Shown here one piece after another: positions 1 to 9,887 of a stretch of 64,000 nt of DNA (within the stretch, counting starts at the first letter, position 1; every line of letters begins with the position of its first letter). The DNA lies in the NCBI GenBank assembly GCA_003218755.1, contig QHOK01000029.1, positions 3,180 to 67,179 of the forward strand, written 5' to 3'. A program made the translations under genes and the position numbers. The notes under the pieces were generated by a model that worked only from the letters and a program-made list of their open reading frames with translations, had not been told where the DNA came from and searched no databases. This DNA is from Verrucomicrobiota bacterium. GTDB taxonomy: Bacteria > Verrucomicrobiota > Verrucomicrobiia > Chthoniobacterales > UBA10450.

Positions 1-984
1 AAGCGTGTAGTGCTGGATCCAATCCGGCACAGTTAGAATGCCGCGCTCCTGGAGAAATTTACGAATCGATAATTCCTTGCCGGCTGCATCGCGAATCCAG
101 TTGTCGATATTGTCTGCGATCTTGAGCGGCGGCAAATCTTTGTTGCGGTTCTTCTCGAAAGACTCAAACGCAACCGCGCGGTTCCATTCCTGACGTCCCA
201 TTGCGAGCAGTTCCTCAGGCATGAACGGCATCAGCGCTACGTTCCGCAAAAACCAAACGTAGGCATCACGGCCGAGCGCTGTTTGCTGCGGAAGATTGGG
301 CAGCTTCTCTTTAAGCTGCTGCTGAAATTTTTCCAGCGCATCCGCAGCGTGCTCGCAAGCGCTCTTAAGTTTATCGGCATTTAGAGTTTTCGATGCTACA
401 AGCGAGCTTGCCATTCTACGGAGACGTTCGCGAATACCATCGAGATTGTTGATGGCGACCGTGGCGAACGGCGCGGGCGGGTTCTCGAGGTTCTCGGCCC
501 CCTGTTGCAAGATCGACGGAATGTTTTCGATACGCGTGAGAATCTCGCGGCTGCGCGCCTCGTCGAACGGCGCGGGAACCGTGAGCGCTTCGGCAAGCGC
601 GGTGAGTGTCTGCTCGGTGTAAAAATTTGGGTCGCGTTTCCAGCGCGGGTTGACATCGAGTTCCCAGCGCACCCGCGACAATGCGGACCCGATCAATTTG
701 TAATCGACTTGCTTTGCAATTGGCCAGCTGCTCGGATCTATCTTTTTCCAGCGCGACTCGAATTGTTCAAGGTCGTTGCCTCGCCGGTCGATGCTGGCTC
801 GCGACCAATCGCGGCTTCCGCCCGGGCGCTGCATTCGGTTCACGTCATCGCCGGTGAATGGCGCATATTCCGCGCGCCACGACCAAAAATCGCCAGCCAA
901 TTTATTCAAAGAATCTGCCTGCGTTTGGCTGCTTGCAAACAGAGCAAGCGAACTCATCAAAAGCGCTGTGTAGAAATGCTTCAC
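1..984 (-). CDS. DUF885-like exported protein (3' part cut off by window edge)
   Basis: Not in the ORF track because it runs off the window. My minus-strand translation from GTG 982-984 gives MKHFYTALLMSSLALFASSQTQA (signal peptide). It continues to ...GRDAYVWFLRNVALMPFMPEELLAMGRQEWNRA... and stays open to base 1. The sequence resembles DUF885 proteins. The start lies 7 nt after the stop of the upstream gene. Confidence 0.6.
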   Translation of the reverse strand, partial: MKHFYTALLMSSLALFASSQTQADSLNKLAGDFWSWRAEYAPFTGDDVNRMQRPGGSRDWSRASIDRRGNDLEQFESRWKKIDPSSWPIAKQVDYKLIGSALSRVRWELDVNPRWKRDPNFYTEQTLTALAEALTVPAPFDEARSREILTRIENIPSILQQGAENLENPPAPFATVAINNLDGIRERLRRMASSLVASKTLNADKLKSACEHAADALEKFQQQLKEKLPNLPQQTALGRDAYVWFLRNVALMPFMPEELLAMGRQEWNRAVAFESFEKNRNKDLPPLKIADNIDNWIRDAAGKELSIRKFLQERGILTVPDWIQHYTL

Positions 985-990
985 CGCGGT

Positions 991-1998
991 TTAATTCGAG
1001 CTTCGCCGCAGCGTGATTGTCGATGGCGTGAGGCCGTGCCGATACGTCGACATGCCGTAACAGAGCGCCGCGGATTTCTCGCGCGCATAACGAATGTGGT
1101 TCAGCTTGTCGTCCCAGCGCTCGATGTAGGAGCAGTTCGCGGTTTTAGTCGTTCCGGGAATTGGCACGTAACGGTTCTCGGTAAATGTGAGAAACGCGGC
1201 TTCGCCCGGCAACGGGATGGGCGTGGCCCAGTTCGGCGAAAGCCTGACAAATCGAGGGCCGCTCAAATCCAGTGCGAAAACCGTGTCGCCATCTGTGCTG
1301 TTCAAGTGCAGACCGAAAAATGCGAGCCGCAGCGGATCGTCAAAGACAAAATGCTGATTCTTGTCCTGGCTGTCGTGAAGAATCTCAAACGCGCCGTAAA
1401 ATCCAGGAATCTTGTCGAACTCCGTTTCAGTCCCGGTTTTCAAATTGCGCAGCAGATAATGCTTCCCATGACCCGGCCCGTCGATCTGATCATCTTCGTC
1501 ATTGGGATCTTCGCGTAGGACCAATTCGACAGAACCATCGGCCGATTTGTAGGTGGGCGCTGGCGTTGGCCTCGGTGAGGCAGATTCCGTCGGGGAAGTT
1601 GTCGCGGCTGCCGAAGCTCCTTCTTCCGGCTCGACGTTTGTGAAATATGGCGAGCTTTTCGCACCAGCATACCAGTCCGGCGCCACCTCCAATTTCTTCA
1701 AATGCGTCCCGTGCGGCTCGATGCTCCAGAATTCGCGCACATCTTTCGGCTTTTCGCGCGTGAAGACAATCACACTGCCGTCCGGCGCGAAAATTGGACC
1801 GGAGTCCTGTCCTGAGTTGTCGTTTGTTAATTGGCGCAAAAGTTTTCCGTCTTCCCGATACAAATATAAATGCGAGTGACTGGCACCCTCCGCTTGCAGA
1901 TATCGGATGGCGATGACGATCTCTGAATCGGCTTGGGCAATCGTCGCAATCAGCGAAGACAATCCCGCGATAACCAGGGTTTGAGTCAGCGAGCGCAT
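991..1998 (-). CDS. exported PD40/TolB-like beta-propeller repeat protein
   Basis: 335-aa track ORF with signal peptide MRSLTQTLVIAGLSSLIATIAQA. It has a PD40-like motif, GPIFAPDGSVIVFTRE. Its start overlaps the stop of the upstream gene (ATGA at 1996-2000). Confidence 0.6.
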   Translation of the reverse strand: MRSLTQTLVIAGLSSLIATIAQADSEIVIAIRYLQAEGASHSHLYLYREDGKLLRQLTNDNSGQDSGPIFAPDGSVIVFTREKPKDVREFWSIEPHGTHLKKLEVAPDWYAGAKSSPYFTNVEPEEGASAAATTSPTESASPRPTPAPTYKSADGSVELVLREDPNDEDDQIDGPGHGKHYLLRNLKTGTETEFDKIPGFYGAFEILHDSQDKNQHFVFDDPLRLAFFGLHLNSTDGDTVFALDLSGPRFVRLSPNWATPIPLPGEAAFLTFTENRYVPIPGTTKTANCSYIERWDDKLNHIRYAREKSAALCYGMSTYRHGLTPSTITLRRSSN

Positions 1999-3854
1999 CA
2001 GCGTAGGGGAAGTTGAATCGTGCTGGCGTGCTGCGCGTCATGATATATCTTAATGTGACAGGTGCGCGGGTCTTTTGCAGTTTCTTCGGCAACGACTCCG
2101 CCGGAGCAATAATTCTTTTGCCAAGAAATTGAATTCACGGCGGTTACAACCAGGCGCAGTCGGCTGCCTTTCATTAATCGCCCCGCGACGAACAATCCGG
2201 GATTGAAATCGCAGCGCACGATCTCACCTGGTGTTACTAACTTTGCTTGACGCAAGGATTCGCGGTACCGAAGCCTGCGAACATCGCTCCACAGCGCGAT
2301 GCTCGTGCCGTCCGGCTGAATCTCGTAAAGATCGCACTCCAGATCGACATCGGGAGTATCGATCGAGATCCACAATGTCACATCAGGACAGCCAATCACT
2401 GGCGTTTCGTTCGGCAATGCATCGGTGTGATAAACCAAGCCATCGTTGACGATGCTTAGGGCAAAGCTCTGATCGATCGCGGCGGTTTTCTCTTTTGGTT
2501 CCACTCCTTCGACGAATTCGCCCCGATGTGTGTCGAGTGGATCGTACGTAAATCTGTCGGCGCCGTCGGTCGGTCGGCTTGCACTCAGTGCACCAGAGCG
2601 AAATACGCCGTTGGCATCGCCATCCTTTGAGGTGAGATAAAATGTTTTCGGATTCGCGATCAATGCGGCGAAATCGCCGGCGTATTTCCATTCGCCGTTC
2701 GCACCGGAGTTGCCGGACGCGAGCAAATAATATGCGACCTGGTTTTTGAGGAATGCGGGTTTCGATCCTGCTTTCATCGTCCAGTCGTACCACTGGCGAT
2801 GCAGATCGTTAAGATCGATGATCGCACCCGGGCCAAACTTTACGCCGCCAACTTCATCCGTCGGCGTACGCGTGCCGGCATGATCCCACGGGCCGATAAC
2901 GAGAAAATGTTTCGCCCGCGCTTCCGCGGAAGCATTCGCCATGTGATCGCGGTAATAGGTAAGCGCGCCCAGCTCATCGCCGTCGTACTGGCCCGTGATT
3001 GTCAGGATCGGCAGTGTGATCTTTTGAAACTGATCGCGCGACGGAAGCATCTCATCGTAGTACGCGTCGGCCATGGGATGTTTTAGGATGCGCTGGAAAT
3101 TTTTCGAGGGGTTGCCGATAAATGTATCGAGGTCTTTGAAAGCGACATGCCTTTTGTAAGCGTCGAGAAATTTTGTGCGCCAGAATTTTTGATCGCCGAA
3201 AAGCTGGTCCTGTGCTGCCCGGCCACTGGTGAGCGTGAACCACTGCACGTCGTAACTCATCCCGATGTTGTTGTATGATGGATAATCGAGGCCCGGATGC
3301 GCGGCGGCAGCAGCAACGATCGTCGCCAGATGCGGCGGGAATTCCTTCGCCGTCGCCCATTGATCGAATCCCGCGTAAGACCCGCCCCACATCGCGACCT
3401 TCCCATCGCAAAACGGCTGTTTCGCAAGCCACTCGACTACGTCGTGTCCGTCCCGCGGTTCATTTGTAAACGGCTCGAATTCGCCGCCGGAATTTCCGCG
3501 CCCGCGCACATCCACGAGCGCGAATGCGTATCCATGCGACGCGAAATACGCGCCGCGCTCGTGGTACGTGTCGGATATGTACGGCGTGAGCGTGAAGATC
3601 ACGGGCGTTTTCGGGAGAGAGCCATCCGGCGTTTTCGGCAAATACAACGTCGCGTTCAGTTCGACGCCATCGCGCATCGGAATCTTAACACCCCAACGGA
3701 GATTATAGTCGGCGGGCGGTTGCGATGGCGACGGCGCGGGAGTAGGCGCCGGCGTCTGCGCATGCAGTGTTGCGGAGATTGCAGTGACAAAGGCGACGTA
3801 AAAATAAAGGGAAGCGCTGTGAGCAGCGAGAAATGGTTTTGTCGTGTTCTTCAT
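1998..3854 (-). CDS. CocE/NonD family hydrolase (S15 X-Pro dipeptidyl-peptidase-like)
   Basis: Motifs FTLTPYISD, ALVDVRGRGNSGGEF and WGGSYAGFDQW are typical of CocE/NonD. I prefer ATG 3854 (MKNTTKPFLAAHSASLYFYVAFVTAISATLHAQ, a signal peptide) over the track start at 3965. Confidence 0.85.
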   Translation of the reverse strand: MKNTTKPFLAAHSASLYFYVAFVTAISATLHAQTPAPTPAPSPSQPPADYNLRWGVKIPMRDGVELNATLYLPKTPDGSLPKTPVIFTLTPYISDTYHERGAYFASHGYAFALVDVRGRGNSGGEFEPFTNEPRDGHDVVEWLAKQPFCDGKVAMWGGSYAGFDQWATAKEFPPHLATIVAAAAAHPGLDYPSYNNIGMSYDVQWFTLTSGRAAQDQLFGDQKFWRTKFLDAYKRHVAFKDLDTFIGNPSKNFQRILKHPMADAYYDEMLPSRDQFQKITLPILTITGQYDGDELGALTYYRDHMANASAEARAKHFLVIGPWDHAGTRTPTDEVGGVKFGPGAIIDLNDLHRQWYDWTMKAGSKPAFLKNQVAYYLLASGNSGANGEWKYAGDFAALIANPKTFYLTSKDGDANGVFRSGALSASRPTDGADRFTYDPLDTHRGEFVEGVEPKEKTAAIDQSFALSIVNDGLVYHTDALPNETPVIGCPDVTLWISIDTPDVDLECDLYEIQPDGTSIALWSDVRRLRYRESLRQAKLVTPGEIVRCDFNPGLFVAGRLMKGSRLRLVVTAVNSISWQKNYCSGGVVAEETAKDPRTCHIKIYHDAQHASTIQLPLR

Positions 3855-4066
3855 GCGAATATGATTTCTCTCGTTAAGATGCGGCGGCGGTCGTTTTGGA
3901 TTCGCCAAAAATTTCTGTGATGCAGACAAGGCGAGCATTGAAGCGAAACTGCGCGGGTAAAACAAGGAAGGACCGCTTCATCGCAATCCTGCGCCTTTAA
4001 CGGCTGAGACGCCGTTATTCCTTCATCCGCAGTTTGCAGCAAGCGGAGTTTGCGGGACGATAGTCC

Positions 4067-6202
4067 ATGGCTCACCGGACTGCGGCCGAGAAGAGGTTCC
4101 GAAATAAGCGCGAGAGCAGGATCGATTCAGCACAAGCTCCAAAGTTGCACTGGCAGATGAACAGTGAACGAGCGATTTCGTTCAGCCGAGTGGAGTTTGC
4201 CTGCGCCGGTGCAGTATTTCTGATCGCGCTGCTTCTTTATAGCTGGACTCTTGCTCCCACAGTCACGCTGACCGACAGCGGCGAATTAATTGTGGTCGCT
4301 CACGGGCTCGGCGTCGCCCATCCTCCGGGTTTCCCTCTGTGGGTAATCCTCGCCCACCTGGCATCGCTCGTGCCGCTGGGAAACGTTGCGGTGCGTATCA
4401 ATTTCTCGTCCGCTCTTTTCGCGGCGCTCGCTTCCGCGATACTCACTCTGGTTGTGGCGGAATTAATGATCACGACTCCGTATCTCCCCACGTGGAAGAA
4501 GAGAAGCGCGCAGCAGAAGAAAAAAGCTGAGGATTCACGCATTGGCCAGCTTTTGATCTGCGCGCCCGCGCTCGGTGCGGGCTTGCTCATGGCATTCTCC
4601 CGCACGCTGTGGTCGTATGCGACAATCGCTGAGGTTTATACTCTCAACACTCTGCTTATCCTCGTCGTTCTGTTTCTGATGCTTCGGTGGCGGCGGTGCA
4701 TCGTCGCAGACCGGCGGGATGCGGGGCAGGCGATCACGACGCACGACGGTTGGCTTTATGCCGCCGCGCTCACATTTGGCCTAGCGCTGGGCGTTCATCA
4801 CGTCACGGTCGGGCTGGTGCTTCCGGCTGTTGCCGCAATTGTTTACAGGACGGAAGGCCTTAGATTTTTTGCGAGCCGCCGGCTGGTATATGCCGCATTG
4901 ATTTCAGTTGGCGCCCTGGTCGCGGTTTATGCCTATTTACCGTTTGCGGCATCGCGCTCGCCTGTCATTAACTGGGGGAATCCGCGTTCGGTGCAAGAAA
5001 TCTGGTGGCACATCACCGGCCGGCAGTATCGGGTGTTTCTCTCCTTTACGCCAAAGATGATGGGAGCGCAGTTTTTTGAATTCTGCAAAATGGCCTCGCG
5101 CGAATTCGGGCCTGCGTGGCTACCCTTGCCGCTCGTCTTCGCTTTCGCAGGCATTGGCAGCGCTTTCAAACGGGACCGCACAACCTTCTGGTTTCTCCTG
5201 TTTATTGTCATTGCCAATCTGGCTTACGACCTCAGCTACCAAATTGCAGAGGACAAGGATGCGTACTATCTGCCCGTGTTTATTTCGATCGCGATTGCCG
5301 CTGGCTTTGGCATCCGCTGGTTGATCCAACTCGCTGTCTCCAAGTCGATGTCGGTTACGAGATCGTATCTGGTCGCTGCAACTGCTATTCTGCTCACATC
5401 TGCGACGGCGTTCGCGGCGAACTGGCCGGTCAACAATCGCAGGGATTACTTTATCGCGTACGATTACGTAGAAAATCTGTTCAGCACAATCGAGCCCAAT
5501 GGTCTTTTACTAACACAAGACTGGCAGGTCGCCTCTCCCATGTTCTATGCACAGGAGATAGAACAACGCCGACGCGACGTAAAAGTGGTCGATGTTAATC
5601 TGCTGCGGCGTTCGTGGTATTTCGATTATCTCAGGCATGCCTTTCCTGGCATGATCGAGCGGTCGCGCGAGAAAATTGATGCCTTCGTTGAGATTCTCAA
5701 AGAATGGGAGCGCGATCCCGGCGCTTTCGCCAGGGACCAGCTGCTCACTCAAAGGATTACCGCGGCATTTTTTGAGATGCTCCGGTCGATTGTGACCAAC
5801 GAGAACAGGGTTGCGCCGGTGTACATTACGCGAGACTTGCTCTTCGCCGAGAGAACCAACGCCGAGCTCGGTAGGTGGATCAATCAAAACTATCAACTTG
5901 TTCCGCAAGGCCTCGTTTTTAACCTCGCAAGCGACCAGACCTTTCACGATTCGCCAGATCCGCACCTGCAGACCCGCGGTCTGGCTGATGGGACGGTGCG
6001 GTTTGAGAAGGATGACGTGATCAACCTCAAGGTCTTACCAGTCTATACCAGCATGTTGATCAATCGGGGAAGTTATCTCGCCTTATTCAATCAGCACGAG
6101 CGCGGCATTGTTGCCTTTAGAGAGGCGCTCGCACTCGATCCCAGCCTCGCTGCGGCGCGAGAAGGATTGGCGGAAAGCGCGGCGAAATTGCGCAAGCCTT
6201 AG
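4067..6202 (+). CDS. DUF2723 (TMEM260-like) polytopic membrane glycosyltransferase-like protein with C-terminal TPR
   Basis: 711 aa with many TM segments. The N-terminal motif TLTDSGELIVVAHGLGVAHPPGFPLW is typical of DUF2723. The C-terminus is TPR-like (ALFNQHERGIVAFREALALDP). It ends in TAG. Confidence 0.7.
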   Translation: MAHRTAAEKRFRNKRESRIDSAQAPKLHWQMNSERAISFSRVEFACAGAVFLIALLLYSWTLAPTVTLTDSGELIVVAHGLGVAHPPGFPLWVILAHLASLVPLGNVAVRINFSSALFAALASAILTLVVAELMITTPYLPTWKKRSAQQKKKAEDSRIGQLLICAPALGAGLLMAFSRTLWSYATIAEVYTLNTLLILVVLFLMLRWRRCIVADRRDAGQAITTHDGWLYAAALTFGLALGVHHVTVGLVLPAVAAIVYRTEGLRFFASRRLVYAALISVGALVAVYAYLPFAASRSPVINWGNPRSVQEIWWHITGRQYRVFLSFTPKMMGAQFFEFCKMASREFGPAWLPLPLVFAFAGIGSAFKRDRTTFWFLLFIVIANLAYDLSYQIAEDKDAYYLPVFISIAIAAGFGIRWLIQLAVSKSMSVTRSYLVAATAILLTSATAFAANWPVNNRRDYFIAYDYVENLFSTIEPNGLLLTQDWQVASPMFYAQEIEQRRRDVKVVDVNLLRRSWYFDYLRHAFPGMIERSREKIDAFVEILKEWERDPGAFARDQLLTQRITAAFFEMLRSIVTNENRVAPVYITRDLLFAERTNAELGRWINQNYQLVPQGLVFNLASDQTFHDSPDPHLQTRGLADGTVRFEKDDVINLKVLPVYTSMLINRGSYLALFNQHERGIVAFREALALDPSLAAAREGLAESAAKLRKP

Positions 6203-6280
6203 CAATCTATTGGGAATTAGTCTGCAACGTTTGCACATTCCTCTCTTGCCAGCGTAGCACATCGCTTCTAAACGATCGGG

Positions 6281-7651
6281 ATGAAAATCCCGTCTCGTAT
6301 TTTTCTAATATCCCTGTGTTTCGGCGTGTCGGCGCACGGGGCCGATCAACCAATCGCGATCAAAGCCCCGCGGATGTTCGACGGCAAATCGAACGCCCTG
6401 GTGCAAAACGCCGTCGTTATCGTACAGGGCGACAAAATCGTCGAGGCGGGAAGCAATTTGCCGATCCCCAGTGGCGCGCAGGTCATCGACCTCGGCGACG
6501 CGACGCTTTCGCCTGGTTTCATGGATGCGCACACGCATCTGACTCTTGATTACTCCGGCGATTACAATCTGCGCCGGCTGAAAGAGGTCGACCTCAACGT
6601 TTCGGAGCAGGCGATCATTGCCACGACGCACGCACGCGCTACTGTCGAAGCGGGCTTCACTACCGTGCGCGATCTTGGAAGCCGCTTCGTCGGCAGCCGC
6701 GAGTTCGTCGATGTCGCGCTACGCAATTCGATCAACAAAGGCGTGATCGTCGGCCCGCGTATGCTCGTCGCGACGAAAGGTATCGGCGCCACTGGCGGAC
6801 ATTTCGATCCCACCAGCGGGTTTCGCGATTTTCTTTTTGGACGCGACCCGGACTACACAGACGGCATTGCAGATGGCCCTGATGAAATTCGAAAGGCGGT
6901 GCGGTTTGAGGTGAAGAATGGCGCGGATGTGATCAAGGCCGCAGTTTCTGGCGGCGTACTTTCACTCGCCGACGAAGTGGACACTCCACAATTGACGCCG
7001 GCTGAAATGGCTGCGCTGGTCGATGAATCGCATCGCTTACGCAAAAAAGTGGCTGTGCATTGTCACGGCGATCAGGCGGCGCACGAGGCGATTGAGGCGG
7101 GAGTCGATTCGATTGAACACGGTTCTTTTATGAAATCAGAAACGCTCACGATGATGAAAAGAAAGGGAACATTTCTCACGCCTACGCTCATGGCCACTGA
7201 ATGGATCATGAACAAGCTGGAAAATTATCCGCCCCCATTGCAGGCCAAAGCCAAAGCGGCAGCGACAGCTCGCTCAGAGATGTTTCGCAACGCGCTGAAA
7301 TTAGGCGTCAAAATTTCTTTCGGCACTGATGCCGCTGTTTTTCCGCACGGTCAGAACGCGAAAGAGTTTAAGTTAATGGTCGATCTCGGAATGACACCAA
7401 TCGACGCATTGAAAGCCGCGACTGCAAACGACGCCGAGCTTCTGGGGATCGGACAAAAAGTGGGCACGCTGGAAAAAGGGAAACTGGCCGATGTGATTGC
7501 CATGCCGGGCGATCCGACTTCCGACATCACTGCAACCGAGCGCGTCTCATTTGTGATGAAAGAGGGCAAAATTATCCGGCGAGGCGCGCCGGGAGCGCAA
7601 CGAACCGCCGAATCGACAACGCCGCCAGACGTCGCAGCTCCCGTCGATTGA
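6281..7651 (+). CDS. exported amidohydrolase family metallohydrolase
   Basis: Signal peptide MKIPSRIFLISLCFGVSAHG. Amidohydrolase motifs are present: FMDAHTHL, VAVHCHGD, IEHG and FGTDA. Confidence 0.85.
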   Translation: MKIPSRIFLISLCFGVSAHGADQPIAIKAPRMFDGKSNALVQNAVVIVQGDKIVEAGSNLPIPSGAQVIDLGDATLSPGFMDAHTHLTLDYSGDYNLRRLKEVDLNVSEQAIIATTHARATVEAGFTTVRDLGSRFVGSREFVDVALRNSINKGVIVGPRMLVATKGIGATGGHFDPTSGFRDFLFGRDPDYTDGIADGPDEIRKAVRFEVKNGADVIKAAVSGGVLSLADEVDTPQLTPAEMAALVDESHRLRKKVAVHCHGDQAAHEAIEAGVDSIEHGSFMKSETLTMMKRKGTFLTPTLMATEWIMNKLENYPPPLQAKAKAAATARSEMFRNALKLGVKISFGTDAAVFPHGQNAKEFKLMVDLGMTPIDALKAATANDAELLGIGQKVGTLEKGKLADVIAMPGDPTSDITATERVSFVMKEGKIIRRGAPGAQRTAESTTPPDVAAPVD

Positions 7652-7681
7652 CCTGTGCGCTGCGATTGTTGGCCTAAGACT

Positions 7682-7709
7682 TTGACAAGGCGAAGATAGC
7701 CGCTAGGTT
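7682..7709 (+). promoter_or_regulatory. possible sigma70-type promoter for rplA
   Basis: TTGACA (7682-7687), a 16-nt spacer, then TAGGTT (7704-7709). It is followed by a 7-bp stem hairpin, tgtccgc...gcggaca (7713-7739), in the leader. Confidence 0.3.
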
Positions 7710-7799
7710 CCGTGTCCGCTCGCTGGATTCAGGCGGACAGGTTTTAAGCAGGAGCCTCGTTGCTGTGTCAAGTAACCGGGCATTTGAACTGCACAAAAA

Positions 7800-8501
7800 A
7801 TGCAAACGAATCGAAGCAAACGTTATCGCGCGGCCGCTGAGCAGGTCGATCGAGGTAAGACTTACAGTCTTCCCGATGCTGTCTCAACGCTGAAGAAGTT
7901 TCCACCGACAAAATTTGATCAGACAGTGACGCTTTCGTTCCGACTCGGAGTTGATCCGAAGCAATCTGATCAAATGGTGCGTGGGACCTGCCCACTTCCC
8001 CACGGCAGCGGAAAACAGGTGCGCGTGCTTGTCTTCGCAGAGGGCGAGGCGGCGAAGGCGGCCAAAGAAGCCGGCGCGGAATTTGTCGGCATGAAAGACC
8101 TGATTCAGAAGTGCCAGGAAGGTTTTCAGGATTTTGATGTGGCGATCGCTACTCCCGCGGCGATGGCGGAGGTCCGGAAGCTTGGAAGGGTGCTAGGGCC
8201 GCGCGGGCTAATGCCTAATCCCAGAACTGGGACGGTGACTGACGACACTTCCAAAGCTGTGCAGGACGTGAAGGCCGGCCGCGTAGAATTCAAGCTCGAT
8301 AAGAACGGCAACGTAGCGGTGCCGGTTGGCAAATTTTCGTTCGAAGAAAACGCGCTGGTGGAAAACGGAAATGCGGTGATCGAAGGCGTTGTGCGGGCCC
8401 GTCCAGCGACAGCGAAAGGTCGCTACCTTGAAGGCGTGACAATCAGTGCGACAATGTCGCCGGGAGTCCGCGTCGATCCAGCGCCGTATTTGAACATTTA
8501 G
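7800..8501 (+). CDS. rplA: 50S ribosomal protein L1
   Basis: 233 aa. The sequence [28 protein letters not shown]...[13 protein letters not shown] is a typical L1. Its length is normal and it ends in TAG. Confidence 0.95.
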   Translation: MQTNRSKRYRAAAEQVDRGKTYSLPDAVSTLKKFPPTKFDQTVTLSFRLGVDPKQSDQMVRGTCPLPHGSGKQVRVLVFAEGEAAKAAKEAGAEFVGMKDLIQKCQEGFQDFDVAIATPAAMAEVRKLGRVLGPRGLMPNPRTGTVTDDTSKAVQDVKAGRVEFKLDKNGNVAVPVGKFSFEENALVENGNAVIEGVVRARPATAKGRYLEGVTISATMSPGVRVDPAPYLNI

Positions 8502-8529
8502 GGCGGGCATTACTCAGCATCGAAAATAA

Positions 8530-9054
8530 ATGCGACCAGAAAAAACCAGCATCGTTGCAGATCTGTCCAACAAATTGAGGAGCTCGGCTTTTGTGCTGGT
8601 GACCGATTATCAGCACATGAAGGTCGCTGATTTCAGCGAATTGCGGAACCGGTTGGCACCCGCGGGCGCGGAAATGCACGTGGTCAAAAACAATTTCCTC
8701 AAGCGGGCCATGGCTGATTCCGGCTTTCCGGACGTTAGCGATCAGTTGGTCGGCCAGACCGCAGTTGTCACAGGGGAAAACGACGTGGCGCCAGTGGCAA
8801 AAATTTTCAAGATATTTGCAACCGAATTTAAAATCGCGGACCTCAAGATTGGTTTTGTCGATCGCACGGTTCTTTCCACGGCGGAATTGGAGACCCTGGC
8901 GGAGTTGCCGCCGCGGGAAATATTGCAGGCGCAATTACTGGGACTGCTCCTTTCGCCGGCAACGCGTTTCGTCCGGCTTTTGAATGAACCCGGCGCAGCA
9001 TTAGCTCGGTTGCTGAAGGCAAAGGCAGAAAAGGAGGGTGCGCCAGCGGCATGA
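8530..9054 (+). CDS. rplJ: 50S ribosomal protein L10
   Basis: 174 aa with an L10-like N-terminus. It sits between rplA and rplL. Confidence 0.93.
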   Translation: MRPEKTSIVADLSNKLRSSAFVLVTDYQHMKVADFSELRNRLAPAGAEMHVVKNNFLKRAMADSGFPDVSDQLVGQTAVVTGENDVAPVAKIFKIFATEFKIADLKIGFVDRTVLSTAELETLAELPPREILQAQLLGLLLSPATRFVRLLNEPGAALARLLKAKAEKEGAPAA

Positions 9055-9207
9055 ATTTTGTAGGGCGGGGCGTATCGTCTGCCGAATGGCAACCGAGCGA
9101 TCGCCTTCAAATAACAGAGGAATAAACGAAAACTGTCCGAGTCGATGGCTATTGGCTTTAATTCTTCGAAGGCTTTCGGAGGCGGCAATTGGAGGAAAAA
9201 GTAAAAA

Positions 9208-9606
9208 ATGGCAGATACAGAAAAATTGGTGGAGCAACTCAGCAACCTGTCGGTGCTGGAGATTGCTGGATTGGTCAAGCAACTTGAGGAAAAATGGGGT
9301 GTAAGCGCGGCCGCACCGGTAGCGGTTGCGACCGGTCCCGCTGCAGCGGGGGGCGGCCCTGCCGGAGCAGCAGCGCCGGCGGCTGAGGAGAAGACCACGT
9401 TTGATGTCATCCTCACAGAAATGGGCGCGAACAAGATTGCTGTCATCAAGGAGGTTCGCGGCGCAGTCCCAGGACTGGGCTTGGCGGAAGCCAAAGCATT
9501 GGTTGAAGGAGCGCCCAAAACGATCAAGGAAGGCGTGACGAAGCAGGAGGCGGACGAGATCAAGAAAAAGATTGAGGCTGCCGGTGCAAAAGTCGAAATT
9601 AAATAA
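9208..9606 (+). CDS. rplL: 50S ribosomal protein L7/L12
   Basis: 132 aa with an Ala/Pro-rich hinge. The C-terminal domain reads [56 protein letters not shown]. Confidence 0.96.
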   Translation: MADTEKLVEQLSNLSVLEIAGLVKQLEEKWGVSAAAPVAVATGPAAAGGGPAGAAAPAAEEKTTFDVILTEMGANKIAVIKEVRGAVPGLGLAEAKALVEGAPKTIKEGVTKQEADEIKKKIEAAGAKVEIK

Positions 9607-9627
9607 GTAGTCCGATTTTGATGGGGT

Positions 9628-9659
9628 TCCGCCGCACGAATCACTTGCGCCGCGGCGGA
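9628..9659 (+). terminator. possible rplL-rpoB attenuator hairpin
   Basis: 8-bp GC-rich stem tccgccgc / gcggcgga with a 16-nt loop, in the 281-nt rplL-rpoB spacer. There is no clear U-tract. Confidence 0.25.
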
Positions 9660-9761
9660 TCTGGACTATGGTGAGAGTTGGTTAAAGCCAGATAGACGTA
9701 TTTTTAACCCGGCGCTAAAAGGCAAAACATATTACTGGCAACGGGACGGGGGCTCGTCAAT

Positions 9762-9790
9762 TTGACAGGCCGCTGTTTCGATGTTATTTC
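9762..9790 (+). promoter_or_regulatory. possible internal promoter upstream of rpoB
   Basis: TTGACA (9762-9767), a 17-nt spacer, then TATTTC (9785-9790). Confidence 0.3.
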
Positions 9791-9887
9791 TGTGCCCTCG
9801 CTCTTCGCTGAACCGGTAGAATCTTGCCCGCGTTGGCCGCGATTTGGTGTGGTCGGTGCGAGGTTTTAGCTCTTGATCTTAGTGACT

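Noticed and set aside
505-1518. 337-aa plus-strand track ORF spanning the first two genes
   Set aside because: It is Arg-rich and low-complexity, and it lies antisense to two minus-strand genes that have clear signal peptides and family motifs. This is a typical GC-rich antisense artefact.
3855-3965. N-terminal extensions in track ORFs (CocE/NonD 3965, rpsB 19546, TPR 48172, AI-2E 46293, dodecin 30927)
   Set aside because: The extensions lack family similarity. They precede obvious signal peptides or conserved N-termini, and in two cases they are encoded by REP elements.
8742-9644. 300-aa minus-strand ORF across rplJ-rplL
   Set aside because: It is antisense to two unmistakable ribosomal protein genes. 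Its Ala/Ser/Pro-rich composition is typical of shadow ORFs.
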